Below are positions 1-10,825 of a stretch of 57,219 bases of DNA, in pieces. Where the stretch lies: assembly GCA_910592345.1 (NCBI GenBank), contig CAJVPI010000087.1, positions 1 to 57,219 of the forward strand, given 5' to 3'. Numbering within the stretch: position 1 is the first letter of the stretch; every line of letters begins with the position of its first letter. The position numbers and the translations under genes were made by a program. A model generated the notes under the pieces. It was not told the origin of the DNA. It did no database searches and worked only from the letters and a program-made list of their open reading frames with translations. This DNA comes from Paraglomus brasilianum. Its lineage: Eukaryota.

Positions 1-469
1 TCAATAGTTATGATTTTTTAAACTTTATTAGTGCATTGTGCTGGTTTTGTAACTTACATTAAAAATATGAAAATAAACCTTTTATTTAATATTTCGTATA
101 GCCACCCTTGGCTTTTAATACAGCAGTAATATTATATTCTTTTATCTTTCCCATTGCTTCAATATGAATACTAAAGCAATTCACAATTTATTTGGGGTCT
201 ATATTTGTGTAGTTTTTAAATGATAAGCATATACATAACCGTCATAGTCATACTGGACATTATAATCAGACCTCAGTGACTGTTACTGTATGATTTGCTA
301 TTATACGTACGTATCACGTATACTTTATTGCCATATCTTTCCTGAATACAGGATTATCTCTCATTGTTCTGTCAAGGCAACGCTTTATGATACTTTCATG
401 AGACGCATTTTTTCATTTATTATTTGATTGATGGGCTATATCTGGTACAAAGTACAGTAGTGTCGTGCC

Positions 470-669
470 GACTACTGCGGGAGAGCGGTTAGTAATCGAC
501 ACTTGGGATTTAGCTATCTTCACATTCAACGGAGTGTGGCTAATAGTCAAATCTTTTCACAGTTAGTGATTTTGTAATCTCAAGGCTTTCACTTACGAAA
601 ACCTCAGCGTCGCGTCGTTAATCCTAGATAACGTATTGTCCTCGAGTCAAATGCACGACTATCTACTGT
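470..669. repeat. Dispersed ~200-bp repeat, copy 1 (inverted relative to 19978-20179)
   Basis: Blocks such as ttagtaatcgacacttgggatttagctatc, caaggctttcacttacgaaaacctcagcgtcg and tgtcctcgagtcaaatgcacgactatctactgt occur as reverse complements at 19978-20179. Confidence 0.9.
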
Positions 670-2068
670 CAGTAGTCTGTCAAGTTATGGGTGAAACAAA
701 GAATAAGAAAAGTTCTCAACGATTAAATGGAACACTCTACACCCTGAAGCTTTTCTCCGGTAATGGACTTGCCATCGACTGCATGGTAGTTACGAGATAT
801 GTCCCTAATTTACTTACTGTGCTGTTACTGACCAATAAAGCGCTTATTTTTCTATTCCATACGTTATATTAAGCATATTATATATACGTTAAATTTGCGA
901 AACTCGTAAATTTTTGCTATAACTAGATGAACGTCCAAATAAAATCAAATGCTTTGATATTCCATGCATATTAATATGTGCATAATCACCTTCTAACAAA
1001 TGTGCCCAGTATTTTGTTAATTGACAACGTTGTCCCACCATCGATTTTCGTATAAAAAAAAAATAGGAGATTGCAACCCGTGAAACTCAGACATGACATG
1101 ACGGCACTGTATGATGTGGCTCTCTCAATATCCTCGCTTTAGCCTTCTTCACCTCCACCTTGGGTGGTTGCAGCCTCAGTCACTGTTTTGAGCCCGTAAA
1201 GCATCTGCAGTTACCATGAAACGATAGCAAATAAGTAGTCTCTTTGTTGTGTTTACCATTACAGTGAGACGCTTTCCTGCTAACGTATCATATATCAAAG
1301 GTATGACTGAAGACAAATATTATCTTCTGATACTGTAACATCATCATTAAACTAACTGCTCCCTCCTATACTTGTGCTAGTAGCCACCCCTCAGCAGGTT
1401 CAAGAAGTAATAGAAGAAGTCCGACGAGTCTATCCCAATATCCATTCTATCGAAAAAATATAAGGCCCAGATTCATCGAGAAGGACATGCATTGTCGTAT
1501 CGAACGCTCCCAACTGGCACGTCTTATACGAAATCGTTAAGTATCCTAACTAAGAAAGGCGAAGCATGATGAGACCGAACGCTCCACAAATCAGTCAGAT
1601 GTGCCGAATTTATAAAGGGTCTTACACAAAAGTTTGGGTCTTCCGCCACTGAGAAGATTTAAGGTGTGGATTGCATATGGGCAAATGAGTTGTATACTTT
1701 GATTTGAAAGAGTTTACTTCAATCTCACTGTTTGACATCCATTCTAACGCCAATTAGATATTTTATCAAAGCGTTGGATCACTCCTACTTAAATAAAATG
1801 GTTGTTTACAAAGCTGCTTTGCACATTTAGAGAACTTGTTTAGTACTTCGACCCACATTTCCAAAAAAAAGTCTTGAAACAACAATTACTGATTATGTCA
1901 ATTCAAATCTCGAAAAAGCTGTAGATCGGATATATTGAACTTTGCTGTCTGTTTGTTGTTGAGACACATGTAGCTGGTGCTGTTTTGTATATAATTTGTA
2001 ACATACTGTAGTAACGAAAACCTCCACGTCAACTTTTATAACATGACCTCGTATGCACAACAGCCCGG

Positions 2069-2328
2069 ATGAGCGTACCTCAAGGACAAACTCAAGCTGT
2101 TGTCGCAAGAAGGTGGAAAGCTGGTCTATTCGACTGCTTCTCCGTACCCGGACTCTGCACCCAAACCTGCATTTTCCCTTGCGTAACTTACGTAAGTCTA
2201 ACAAGAATACACGTAGTCTGGTTTTCAGTGGTACATTTGCAAAGTTCCAAATACAGGGCAAAACGAAAGAGAAATGAACAACTCGGGTTTTAGTTCAGAT
2301 TGCTGTTGCTTTTACTGTGCTTTGTAGT
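2069..2328 (+). pseudogene. PLAC8/DUF614 cysteine-rich protein, frameshifted and 3'-truncated
   Basis: Exon 1 (2069-2191) reads MSVPQGQ...RWKAGLFDCFSVPGLCTQTCIFPCVTY, matching the PLAC8 W..GLFDCF...C...C..PC..YG motif. A GTAAGT...CAG intron spans 2192-2256. Exon 2 reads GKTKEK-stop, and a shifted frame continues MNNSGFSSDCCCFYCAL. Confidence 0.75.
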
Positions 2329-2415
2329 AATAGAATAACTACAATCTTTGATAACATTACCAAATTTCTAACATGCATCTATTAAAAAAAAAAGCCGTCT
2401 GGTCAGAACTAAACT

Positions 2416-2478
2416 CTCCCTAAGTGCCTGATCCCTAAGTGCATTATCTCTCTAAGTGCCTATTCTATAAGTGCATGA
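2416..2478. repeat. Short array of four (C)TAAGTGC units, possibly TE subterminal repeats
   Basis: ctaagtgcc / ctaagtgca / ctaagtgcc / ataagtgca spaced about 15 nt apart. Confidence 0.55.
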
Positions 2479-2882
2479 TATTTGTTGGCCCTTATATGGG
2501 GCAGACTGTCAAATATGTCTGATAAACTGTCATACAACGCATCACAAAGAAAAATTCTTAGATGTAAAAAATCCGGTCGGCATCGATAATTCCGCTTGTG
2601 ACAATTGGTGACCTTTAAGTTGAATTTATACGCTCACGATGCTGGGTTCGAATCTTGCGTACGCCTTCTCTGGATTTATAATTAACCTGCGAGTACTTAA
2701 GATTTTTAGATTCACAGTATATTCAAAGTAATGCGGCTTGACGTGACAGATGTATGGTTTTTGAAGGACACGGCGATTTTGTAAAACAGCGATTTGATCA
2801 TGTGATCGCTGCGGTACTGTTTCGACTACGCTGTAAATAAACCGCGAATTATAAGTTTATTCAAAAAACGTTTGTGCTGTGA

Positions 2883-3044
2883 CTGTAAAATTGACCAGTG
2901 TAACTGATGACGTTTTGAAAAGTAATAATGGTGCTCATTCATAGCTTATGGACTTGTTAATTTTAATGTTCCCTTTATTATACCAGAATGTGATGAATAT
3001 AAACTATAACAGGATTAATATAGGATTATCTCTATATAAAAATA
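2883..3044 (+). repeat. Dispersed repeat, copy 1 (direct copy at 57050-57219)
   Basis: ctgtaaaattgaccag...ttttgaaaagtaataatg...ttgttaattttaatg...ataccagaa...ttatctctatata is shared with the window end. Confidence 0.9.
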
Positions 3045-3526
3045 TACAGTGTGTTACGAAAAAAATGGCCCTCAGAAAATCGAAAGTATTTTGCACAATA
3101 AACAAGAAACGCGTTGTTTATTATAGTCCACATATTTTTATCAGCTTGTTTATGTCTCGTTGAAGATATTTACCAAAGAAAAGGTTTTGTTGACTTCTGA
3201 TTTAATTTATAGACAATGTTATACAAGGTTGAAGGTTGAAATTCACAACGTTTTACTTTACTTTCAGATTATACCCCAACAATGTTTATTCGTCAAATAA
3301 AATTACATCCAAAAATGAGTGTTTATCTTTGTTGCAACTTCCGCATCTGTTGATAATTAACTCCAGCTTTGTGAGAAAAAACCTCTAACTTGTTCTTTTT
3401 ATCGTCGAGTTTTTCATTTATTTTATCTTCTTGTAACTGAACCAATTTCATGAAGATTAACCCGGAAACTTTCCCATGTGAATCTCGCGTGCTTAGCGTT
3501 CACTCTTTACTGATTATAACTACATA

Positions 3527-3709
3527 CAATTGACACTGTTTATACCGAACCTGTTTATACCGAACTCTGGATATGACGAGCCAAAATTGCCAGAACCGAT
3601 TTTTTATAATTAATAACTCTGGAATAGCGAATCTCTGGTAACAGCGAACTCGGGTTATAACGAACGAAAACTTTTCAGCCGGGCAGTTCGGTATAAACAG
3701 TGTCAACTG
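3527..3709. mobile_element. 183-bp Tc1/mariner-pogo type MITE
   Basis: 24-bp TIRs caattgacactgtttataccgaac / gttcggtataaacagtgtcaactg (1 mismatch), TA on both flanks, internal repeats of the TIR motif. Confidence 0.9.
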
Positions 3710-3727
3710 TATATTGCATTTATCGAT

Positions 3728-3964
3728 ATGTCTAGCGAATTATACCAAAAGGTCTATGACTTTCTCATTGTCTCCCCATTGGAGCATACAACCGCTTTCT
3801 CGGTTATTTTCCAGGTTATTGAAGAAGAGCCTTGGATATCTAAAGAAGATTCCAGAATCATAGTAAATAACGCTATTAGCGCTTCGTTAAATATATATTC
3901 CGATATCGCATCTACACAGAACAAACTACTTAGAATCTTCGCGCAGGTTAGTATCAATTTATGA
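3728..3964 (+). CDS. Small hypothetical protein or first exon (possible donor CAG|GTTAGT near 3947)
   Basis: ATG-initiated ORF with protein-like composition MSSELYQKVYDFL...; no family recognised with confidence. Confidence 0.35.
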   Translation: MSSELYQKVYDFLIVSPLEHTTAFSVIFQVIEEEPWISKEDSRIIVNNAISASLNIYSDIASTQNKLLRIFAQVSINL

Positions 3965-4132
3965 TTAGGATATGATTTAGTTAGAATAAATGAAGAATGC
4001 GCAAATGCAACTCATGGAACTAGCGTTTAATAAATTTGTCCTTTCGCCTTTTCTCACCAATACATTCCAATTCACCCTATCCTATTATACACACATCATG
4101 TTAAATTTTTATTTGCAAATCAATTAGTAAAC

Positions 4133-5035
4133 TCAAACTTTATAATTTCGCAAATGTGATTTGTACTTGTATACACCGCCATCATCATCCACAAACCATG
4201 GTAAACCATCATCTGATTCATTTGGCCACAACCTTTGACACATATCTTCCCAGTGAAATAAACGACCATAGCAATCAATAAAAATCATTCCGTAATCGAT
4301 CTCTCCAATGATTATGATATGGTTAAACCCGAATGTTGCAACACACTCAATATAATCAGTAACTTCAGTAAGTTCTTTTGGATCGCGACTATCAACGGGA
4401 AGATCATAACCAAAAGTAGATGCCATCCGGCGACGATCTTGCTCACTTATAAACGTATCTACAACCATGAGTGAATCGTTGCAACCTTGTTCTGAGACAT
4501 CATTTTTGCCACATTTTGACATAGTATACACGGACTCTTGATCTTCAAAGGTTGTCCCAATTTCCTGGACAGGATTAGGGTGCGGGAGAACAAGACGACA
4601 CGGTTCCTTGGGGATCTCCTTCGTCCACGTAACGCTTCCCAAGGTACCGATTCGGAACAATTTCCCAATTGATGCTTGCAATCCTTGCGTTGTTTCGGAG
4701 TTAGGGCAATGTTTGAGGCCCATTGTAGCACCCTCACCGCATTCACTCTCGACCCTGTTGCTGAGTTGGTGTTGGATTGCATCTCCCGGCCTGGTGCTTT
4801 CCCGCAACGGACTGAGGCACCGAACATATAGTTCACTATCTTCTCCTTCTCTCGTGAGTATTTCAACGTTAAGTTTACAGTTCGAGCGCGGTATGTCCTT
4901 TTCGGTTCCATCATAATTATCATTTTCCCTAGCTGTTTCAGCATTTCCGAAAGATATGTGATTTTCCCTTCGTCCCTTAGTGTCTTGAATGTGGTCTGAG
5001 TGCGATAGGTCCAGAGAAGTGCCTTTACGTCCCAT
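4133..5035 (-). CDS. Hypothetical protein with C-terminal SUKH/US22-like domain; exon structure uncertain
   Basis: 300-aa ORF whose C-terminus IIIIGEIDYGMIFIDCYGRLFHWED resembles the SUKH/US22 hhhG...hhhD..G.h[YF] beta-hairpin motif. Confidence 0.5.
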   Translation of the reverse strand: MGRKGTSLDLSHSDHIQDTKGRRENHISFGNAETARENDNYDGTEKDIPRSNCKLNVEILTREGEDSELYVRCLSPLRESTRPGDAIQHQLSNRVESECGEGATMGLKHCPNSETTQGLQASIGKLFRIGTLGSVTWTKEIPKEPCRLVLPHPNPVQEIGTTFEDQESVYTMSKCGKNDVSEQGCNDSLMVVDTFISEQDRRRMASTFGYDLPVDSRDPKELTEVTDYIECVATFGFNHIIIIGEIDYGMIFIDCYGRLFHWEDMCQRLWPNESDDGLPWFVDDDGGVYKYKSHLRNYKV

Positions 5036-6589
5036 ACAGTGATAATTAGAATCTGTCGAAAGCCTGGTGGGTCCACCACTTTCCCTGTAGGCCCATAGGG
5101 AGTCACTATCTTCTGATACCTACATAAATGTATTTTGCATTTAATAAAGAGCCGAATGGCTTGCAAGCACGTCTTGCATACAAAAAAACCAATAAAGTAC
5201 TTGAAAGGGTAAATAAAGTCTGCAATTAGGACTCTCATTCATGATTCATATAACTCTTCTAACCACTGGTAACAGTTTTGTTCTGCCTGTCTGAGTTCTT
5301 GTAACCACCTATATATACTTTTTAAAGGTTATACACAAATGGAGCGAACTATTTTTTTAGCAAGTGAAAGTTTGGTGGGCGTACTTAAAAATTCTTGCTT
5401 CTTCGGTTAATGCTTCCATAAATAGGTGAAAGGCGGAAGACAAGATAGATAGATAAGATAGTGCATATCATGTTGATGTCACTTTAACATCACACGCGCA
5501 CGCGTACTTCTAAAAAATTTAACGCTATCCTTATGTAAAGGTTGTCAAGGGGGTCTAATATTACGTAATTTTCTTGAACATGTGCTGGAACCTTCGGGAA
5601 AAAAGTAAATACTTTCCAACAACTGCGGCAAAAGTTTCGTTTGATAGATATGGTGCACCAACTCTATCAATTTCTTCGATGCAATGTAATGAATAAACTG
5701 CCCAATAAAATTCAAGAATTTAATATCATATGATAGCACAAACCGTTTAATTAAAAGTATCTTATTGACAATTTGCTTGTGAATAAAAGTTCCTCGCGAT
5801 ACTTATTGACAATTTGCTGATATTGTCCATAAGTGCCTCGTCCTAGTAAACGTAAACTACAAGTGGCAAGCAGGAAGCAAAATAAAAATGGTTCTTTTTC
5901 TGAACTTCAAGAGAAACAATAGAGAAAATGATGATGGTCGAATGCAGAATGGTGAGATATGGTCTGCAGAAGATTTCAAGATATTGAAAAAAGGTTCGAG
6001 TTAATCTGGAAAAAGGATGCATTAAAAAATAAGAGTCTACTATAATTCTACGTCAAGACTTGGGTGGAATACCAAGATATTTCCATCTCGACCATTCTGA
6101 AATTTCGTTATAACACCACATAGTTTGCACATAAAATCCGTTTGTTATTAACCTTGAGAAATATTATGATCGTGAATAAAAGCTTGTTAATACAAGCGTT
6201 AGAACAAGCTAATACACACCCACCCCGTAATGTTAAACCGTTTCATCACGTCCTCATAGATATTAGGTAAATATAGCGGATTTTAGAGTTTACGTCACAC
6301 ATCATGTTATTCCGTAGCCAGCATATGATCAATAAATAATAATCCAACCCTAGATGCCTTATTTAATGTATTAATATCTCAACCGAACGATCTTCCTGCA
6401 GAATTGTCTGCATTTTGCACATACACAAACGAAAATTTTCGAAAAAACATTAATTGGCCAATCAGAATGCATAGATTATCATAATAAAAAATAGTATCAA
6501 ACAAATCGAACCCAGGAAATATACTACATATGTACAGCTTTATGCTATGCTTGTTTATTTTGAGAATTGTAATTGTAAAAGAGAGAAAG

Positions 6590-6955
6590 TTACGAATAAC
6601 ATCCTTCGCGCTCTCATCAAGGAATAAGAGTTGCTCGAGTGAATATGATTCTCCAATTTTAGTGATAAAAGCAATTCATTCCTTTCCATAGCGACTTTAT
6701 GTAACTACAAGAAAGTTTATTAGTGAGATTTTCTATCTCTCACTTAGTTGTAACATACAAACCTTTTTCCGAATGATGCCATATCGTTACGATCAAGAAT
6801 CTTTCTACGTCCACGCATCCCCTTGAAGGATTCCCCAACATTCAAACTGTGGTCCGACTAACATGCAATTAACGGCAAATCCGTTTACGAAAGAAGCCAT
6901 CAGAATGAAGATAAACTATCCTTCAACGTAAATCTTCACTAACATCCTTGACCAT
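6590..6955 (-). mobile_element. Degenerate Tc1/IS630-type (DDE_3) transposase, N-terminal part
   Basis: Minus-strand fragments MVKDVSEDLR*RIVYLHSDG, RRKILDRNDM and IAFITKIGESYSLEQLLFLDESAKD (first catalytic D, DES motif), with stops and frameshifts. Confidence 0.7.
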
Positions 6956-7317
6956 GTTGTGCCCAATAAAATTGCCAATATTGCTATACAACAGCTAAAT
7001 GATGACAACTTTCGTTAGCGTTTGCCTAGTAACGCCCAACAATTGTCAGTAATTGCCAGTAATCGTCCAATAATCGCCAGTAATCGAAAACCTTTTCTCT
7101 ATAAAAGCTAACCTCGTACTTACCAAAAGAGTAACCGAAGCTGTACAGGAAGCTGTAAAGCGTTAAGTGCCGGCAAATAATCGCAGAAGTTTATAGAGAC
7201 TTGGTTGAGTTTTCGAAAAATTTCGCAGTCGAGTGACTGTGTGTGTACAAAATTTCAGGGGTTTCTATAATTATAAATTTTAAAAGTGCGATAAATCAGG
7301 ACTTGAAATAACTAATA

Positions 7318-8135
7318 TCAAGTATTCTTGAATTCGGCTTCAGTGGTTTCACTATCTGTGTTACGAATTTTTACTGATTCCAACCCTTGAACAAATAAAA
7401 GAGGGCTTTCTATGACTGGCGATTCATCGTTGGGAGGACGGATCATGAAATCAAAGATAGTAATCTCTTTTGGGTATAATGCTTTCTTTATTCGTATATG
7501 TTCACCAGAATCTTTATCTATTTTTGGAGAACGCAACATGCGCAAGGAGAATGATTTTTTGTTAGCAATATTGTCAAGCATATTCTTATTCTGAGTGATG
7601 GAGGGAGTTTATTACGTACGAGCTCAGTGAATAAAGCACAGGCCATAATAATAATATCTTTAAGTATTATGCCAAAAGTTGAGATATGGGGAGACATTTT
7701 TTTCGGATCACTACTCTCAGCAATAGCCAAGATAAGATTATCCCAATCTAGGTACACCACTAAGCATACTTCTTTAAAGGCATGGCAAAAGAAGAGTATA
7801 CACCCTTTACGTATAAGTTTGGGTTCGATACTATTTAGTGTTTCTTGGAGCAGATCGAAATCTATAATTGGGCAAAGTGGGTCATCTCCATCAATAAATT
7901 TATGCAATGAGTGTCCTCCACGATTTGACAGTATAGCTTCCATTCCATCTTCATTATCTGTAACAAGAAATTCTCTTGGCTGTACAGAATCATCGCAAAT
8001 TATATATATTAATATGTACTCAACTACATTTTCGGCCATTATTTCGAGTTCAGAGACAGAAGCAAAGCTTCCTGTTCCGCAGACACTGTTTTGCGTTTCG
8101 GTAGTATTTTGGGTATCCATTGCAAGTGAACTCAC
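7318..8135 (-). pseudogene. Archaeo-eukaryotic primase (PrimPol/NCLDV D5-primase type), frameshifted
   Basis: Two overlapping ORFs join near 7590. Motif I PIIDFD (DxD), motif II KMSPHIS (SxH), motif III LDNIANKKSFSLRMLRSPK. Confidence 0.75.
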
Positions 8136-8312
8136 GATTTTTTAAATAAAAATCATTATTAGAAACATTAGTGTTAGATACAGAATACGTGTATCAAAAA
8201 TTAATTAGCGAACTAGCAAAGCTAATATGGGATTTTATTGTTATCCTTATATTCTGCGGACTGGGGAAATTTGCAATAAAAGCTGTTATAGACCTGAGGG
8301 GTGTAAAATTCA

Positions 8313-8430
8313 TTGAAGGCTCCTACGCGCGTACCTTGTAAAGAATGTGGTAAGTTGACATTCTCTATGTTTCGTACATGTAGAGATCATTCCGGTTTAA
8401 AGATTATTATCAACGAAAAAAACTGGAGAA
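8313..8430 (+). pseudogene. Zn-ribbon-like gene fragment
   Basis: KAPTRVPCKECGKLTFSMFRTCRDH (CxxC-x10-CxxH); no ATG start. Confidence 0.4.
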
Positions 8431-9109
8431 TATGGCGCAAAATGGGATTAAAGCAAATACTGGTTTTATCAGATAGAAAATGGATATGGCAAACTTTATA
8501 CGTAAAAATTTGTCGTTATCGATTTTATGGTAACAAAAAATTTCATAGTGACAAAGTTAACTAGTTTTTAGAACGCTGGAGTCCTTTCTAGATGAGTATC
8601 ATCGAGTCTCTATGAAAATCAAACTTCTTTACTTTTTTTCTTTTTTTTTTATTTAGATGTAGGAGCATCCTCGCTTCGCGAGTGGTATATATAGCATATA
8701 TTGTATATGTGTATGTCGGTAGATAATATAGAAAAAAGTTTCGTTTTTTTTCCCCTAGAAGTTTTATTTTATAGTGACAATAGTGACAAATGTAAAAAAA
8801 TAATCAAGAACGGCTTAAAGCGCCCAAAATTCATAGAAAAAGTGTCCCCGTGAACGTCACTATGAAAATTTTTTTCATGAAGACAAAATTTTTCACGGTG
8901 ACAAACAAGTCCACATATTCTGACATTAATTGAAGGCATGAAAAATATGATTGATATGAGACGTCAAAAGCAAGCGTGAGACTCCGCCGCGAGGATGCTT
9001 TTGCATCTAAGTTCCGATGACAAATATTATACAGCTGATGAAGGAGGCCACGCAAGTGGCTTTCTCTGCAAATAAATAATATCCAGCAATTATCTCCAGT
9101 CTATCCCAA

Positions 9110-9340
9110 TTACAATTGGATACATTTCATTATGGTCTGAGAACGTTTCCAAATCTAATTGCGTGAAGTTGTATCACGAGTATCTCACTTGGTGCAAAAC
9201 TAATAATAAAAAACCGTTGCATAATATATTCTCGGAAAAAAATTATCAGAAATTGGATTCAAGTGCGAATAGGGGATGGGAAAAGAGAATGGCAATATAT
9301 TCTTAATCAGTCTTCAATTATGAACAAGATACATAAACTA
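9110..9340 (+). pseudogene. Fragment resembling the C-terminal winged helix of D5-like helicase-primases
   Basis: WSENVSKSNCVKLYHEYLTWCKTNNKKPL followed, after frameshifts, by GKREWQYILNQSSIMNKI; LY..Y..WC..N...P is typical of D5 C-termini. Confidence 0.55.
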
Positions 9341-10384
9341 TTTGGTAATACTGCGAAGCAATGCTGAGCGTAACAAGCGACAATAAAGACAATTGTTCTT
9401 GGATAATTTAAATCCGAATCTTAGAAGTATACCAATTTTTTATCTCTGTTTGAAATAAGAATCGTTGGAAATGACACGGGAGGAACTCGCGAAAACCAAT
9501 TCTTCAAACTTGTCCAAAATATTGATAGTATACGAAACAAATACGTGTATAATGACAGCACGATATTCTTATGGACACCTAGAGATTTTTTTAATAAAAA
9601 ATATGTCAATTTGACGGAATTTCTTGAATACGATCAGGTAGATAAAACAACATTTGCTTTATGGGTGCTTCAAATCCGAAGACGTTAAAGATGACATAGT
9701 GTACGCGCAATCGGCATCAGAAATAAATCGGCCATGATCTTTTATACGGACGCGTCGGCGGGTTTTTACTTTAATCCGACACAAAATCAACTAGAAACAT
9801 TTGAAAATATCCAGGCGTTTGGGGAAAAAACTTGGAGGACATACACTGAAATTTATTCTCCTTCAAAGTAGAAATTTTTTCATGTCTTGAATAATTATAT
9901 GACGACGCTAGCCCATAATCATCCTCGCAATAGAATGCATACGATATTACATAATGCAAGCAAACAAATGACGAGGAGGTTATATTCCCGTGAGGTAAGG
10001 TTAGGGTTAAGGTTACATTGGGTCTTTGCGGCAAACTCTGGAGGCTGTATTAAGAAAAATAAAACAATGTAATTTCGAAAACTGATTAGTTAACTCAAGA
10101 TGAATCTGTTCAATTTCTGTCCTTTTTTACCTTAACATAACATGCACTCCCGAATCAGTTATTAGCATTATCAACGGCCTGTCCATCAGCACCTTTTCAA
10201 TCTGATTTTTCGAACGATTAGTTACTATTTAACAGGAAGCCAAATACTTGTTGACTCACCGTTTTGGCTTATTTTTAATAAAAACCAACCAGCTGATAAG
10301 TATGGAACAATCAATATATTAACTTTTGAAATCGCAATTCAAAAAACTTCTTGTATTGTGCTTGTATTGTTTCATCGTCAACCG

Positions 10385-10825
10385 CAGAGAAATACTATTT
10401 ACCTGGAGGAACCATCATTTCCTTCGAGAAAACAAGAAACTATATTTCTCCAGAGAAAACACTGAGAAACCTACTTTTTCCCACAGAAATACTAATTTCC
10501 AGAGAAGCTAAAAATTTTCCCTGAGAAATCTTCCAATTTTCCCCAGAGCAATATACTTACCTGTGGGGAAATCAGAGAACTACTACATTACTTTCCTGGG
10601 AAACAAAACTTCCAGTGAAATACTACTTTCCAGAGAATTGATACTTTTCGTGGAGAAATTAAACTTTCCCTGAGAAATATTACTTCCCCTACATATTGTT
10701 AAATTAGGTAAACATCTTTCCGGAGAATTAGTACTTACCGTGAAGAAACTGGTTTTCGTGGAGAAACTTATCTTCCCCAGAGAAATATTACTTTCTGTCG
10801 AGAAACTGTATTTCCCCCAGATTAT
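10385..10825. repeat. Degenerate ~20-bp minisatellite (TTTCC(C)AGAGAAA-spacer units)
   Basis: Many variants, e.g. tttctccagagaaa, tttccagagaa, ttccctgagaaa, ttttcgtggagaaa, ttccccagagaaa. Confidence 0.75.

Noticed and set aside
1893..2261. 122-aa minus-strand ORF
   Set aside because: Antisense shadow of the PLAC8 exon.
2575..2668. tRNA-like T-arm/B-box (gctgggttcgaatcttgc)
   Set aside because: No convincing acceptor, D or anticodon stems; at most a decayed tRNA/SINE fragment.
9992..10015. Telomere-like taaggttagggttaaggtta
   Set aside because: Only one exact TTAGGG; too short to call an interstitial telomere.
10385..10825. Possible CRISPR-like array
   Set aside because: The units are degenerate with no long unique spacers and no cas genes, and the context is eukaryotic.
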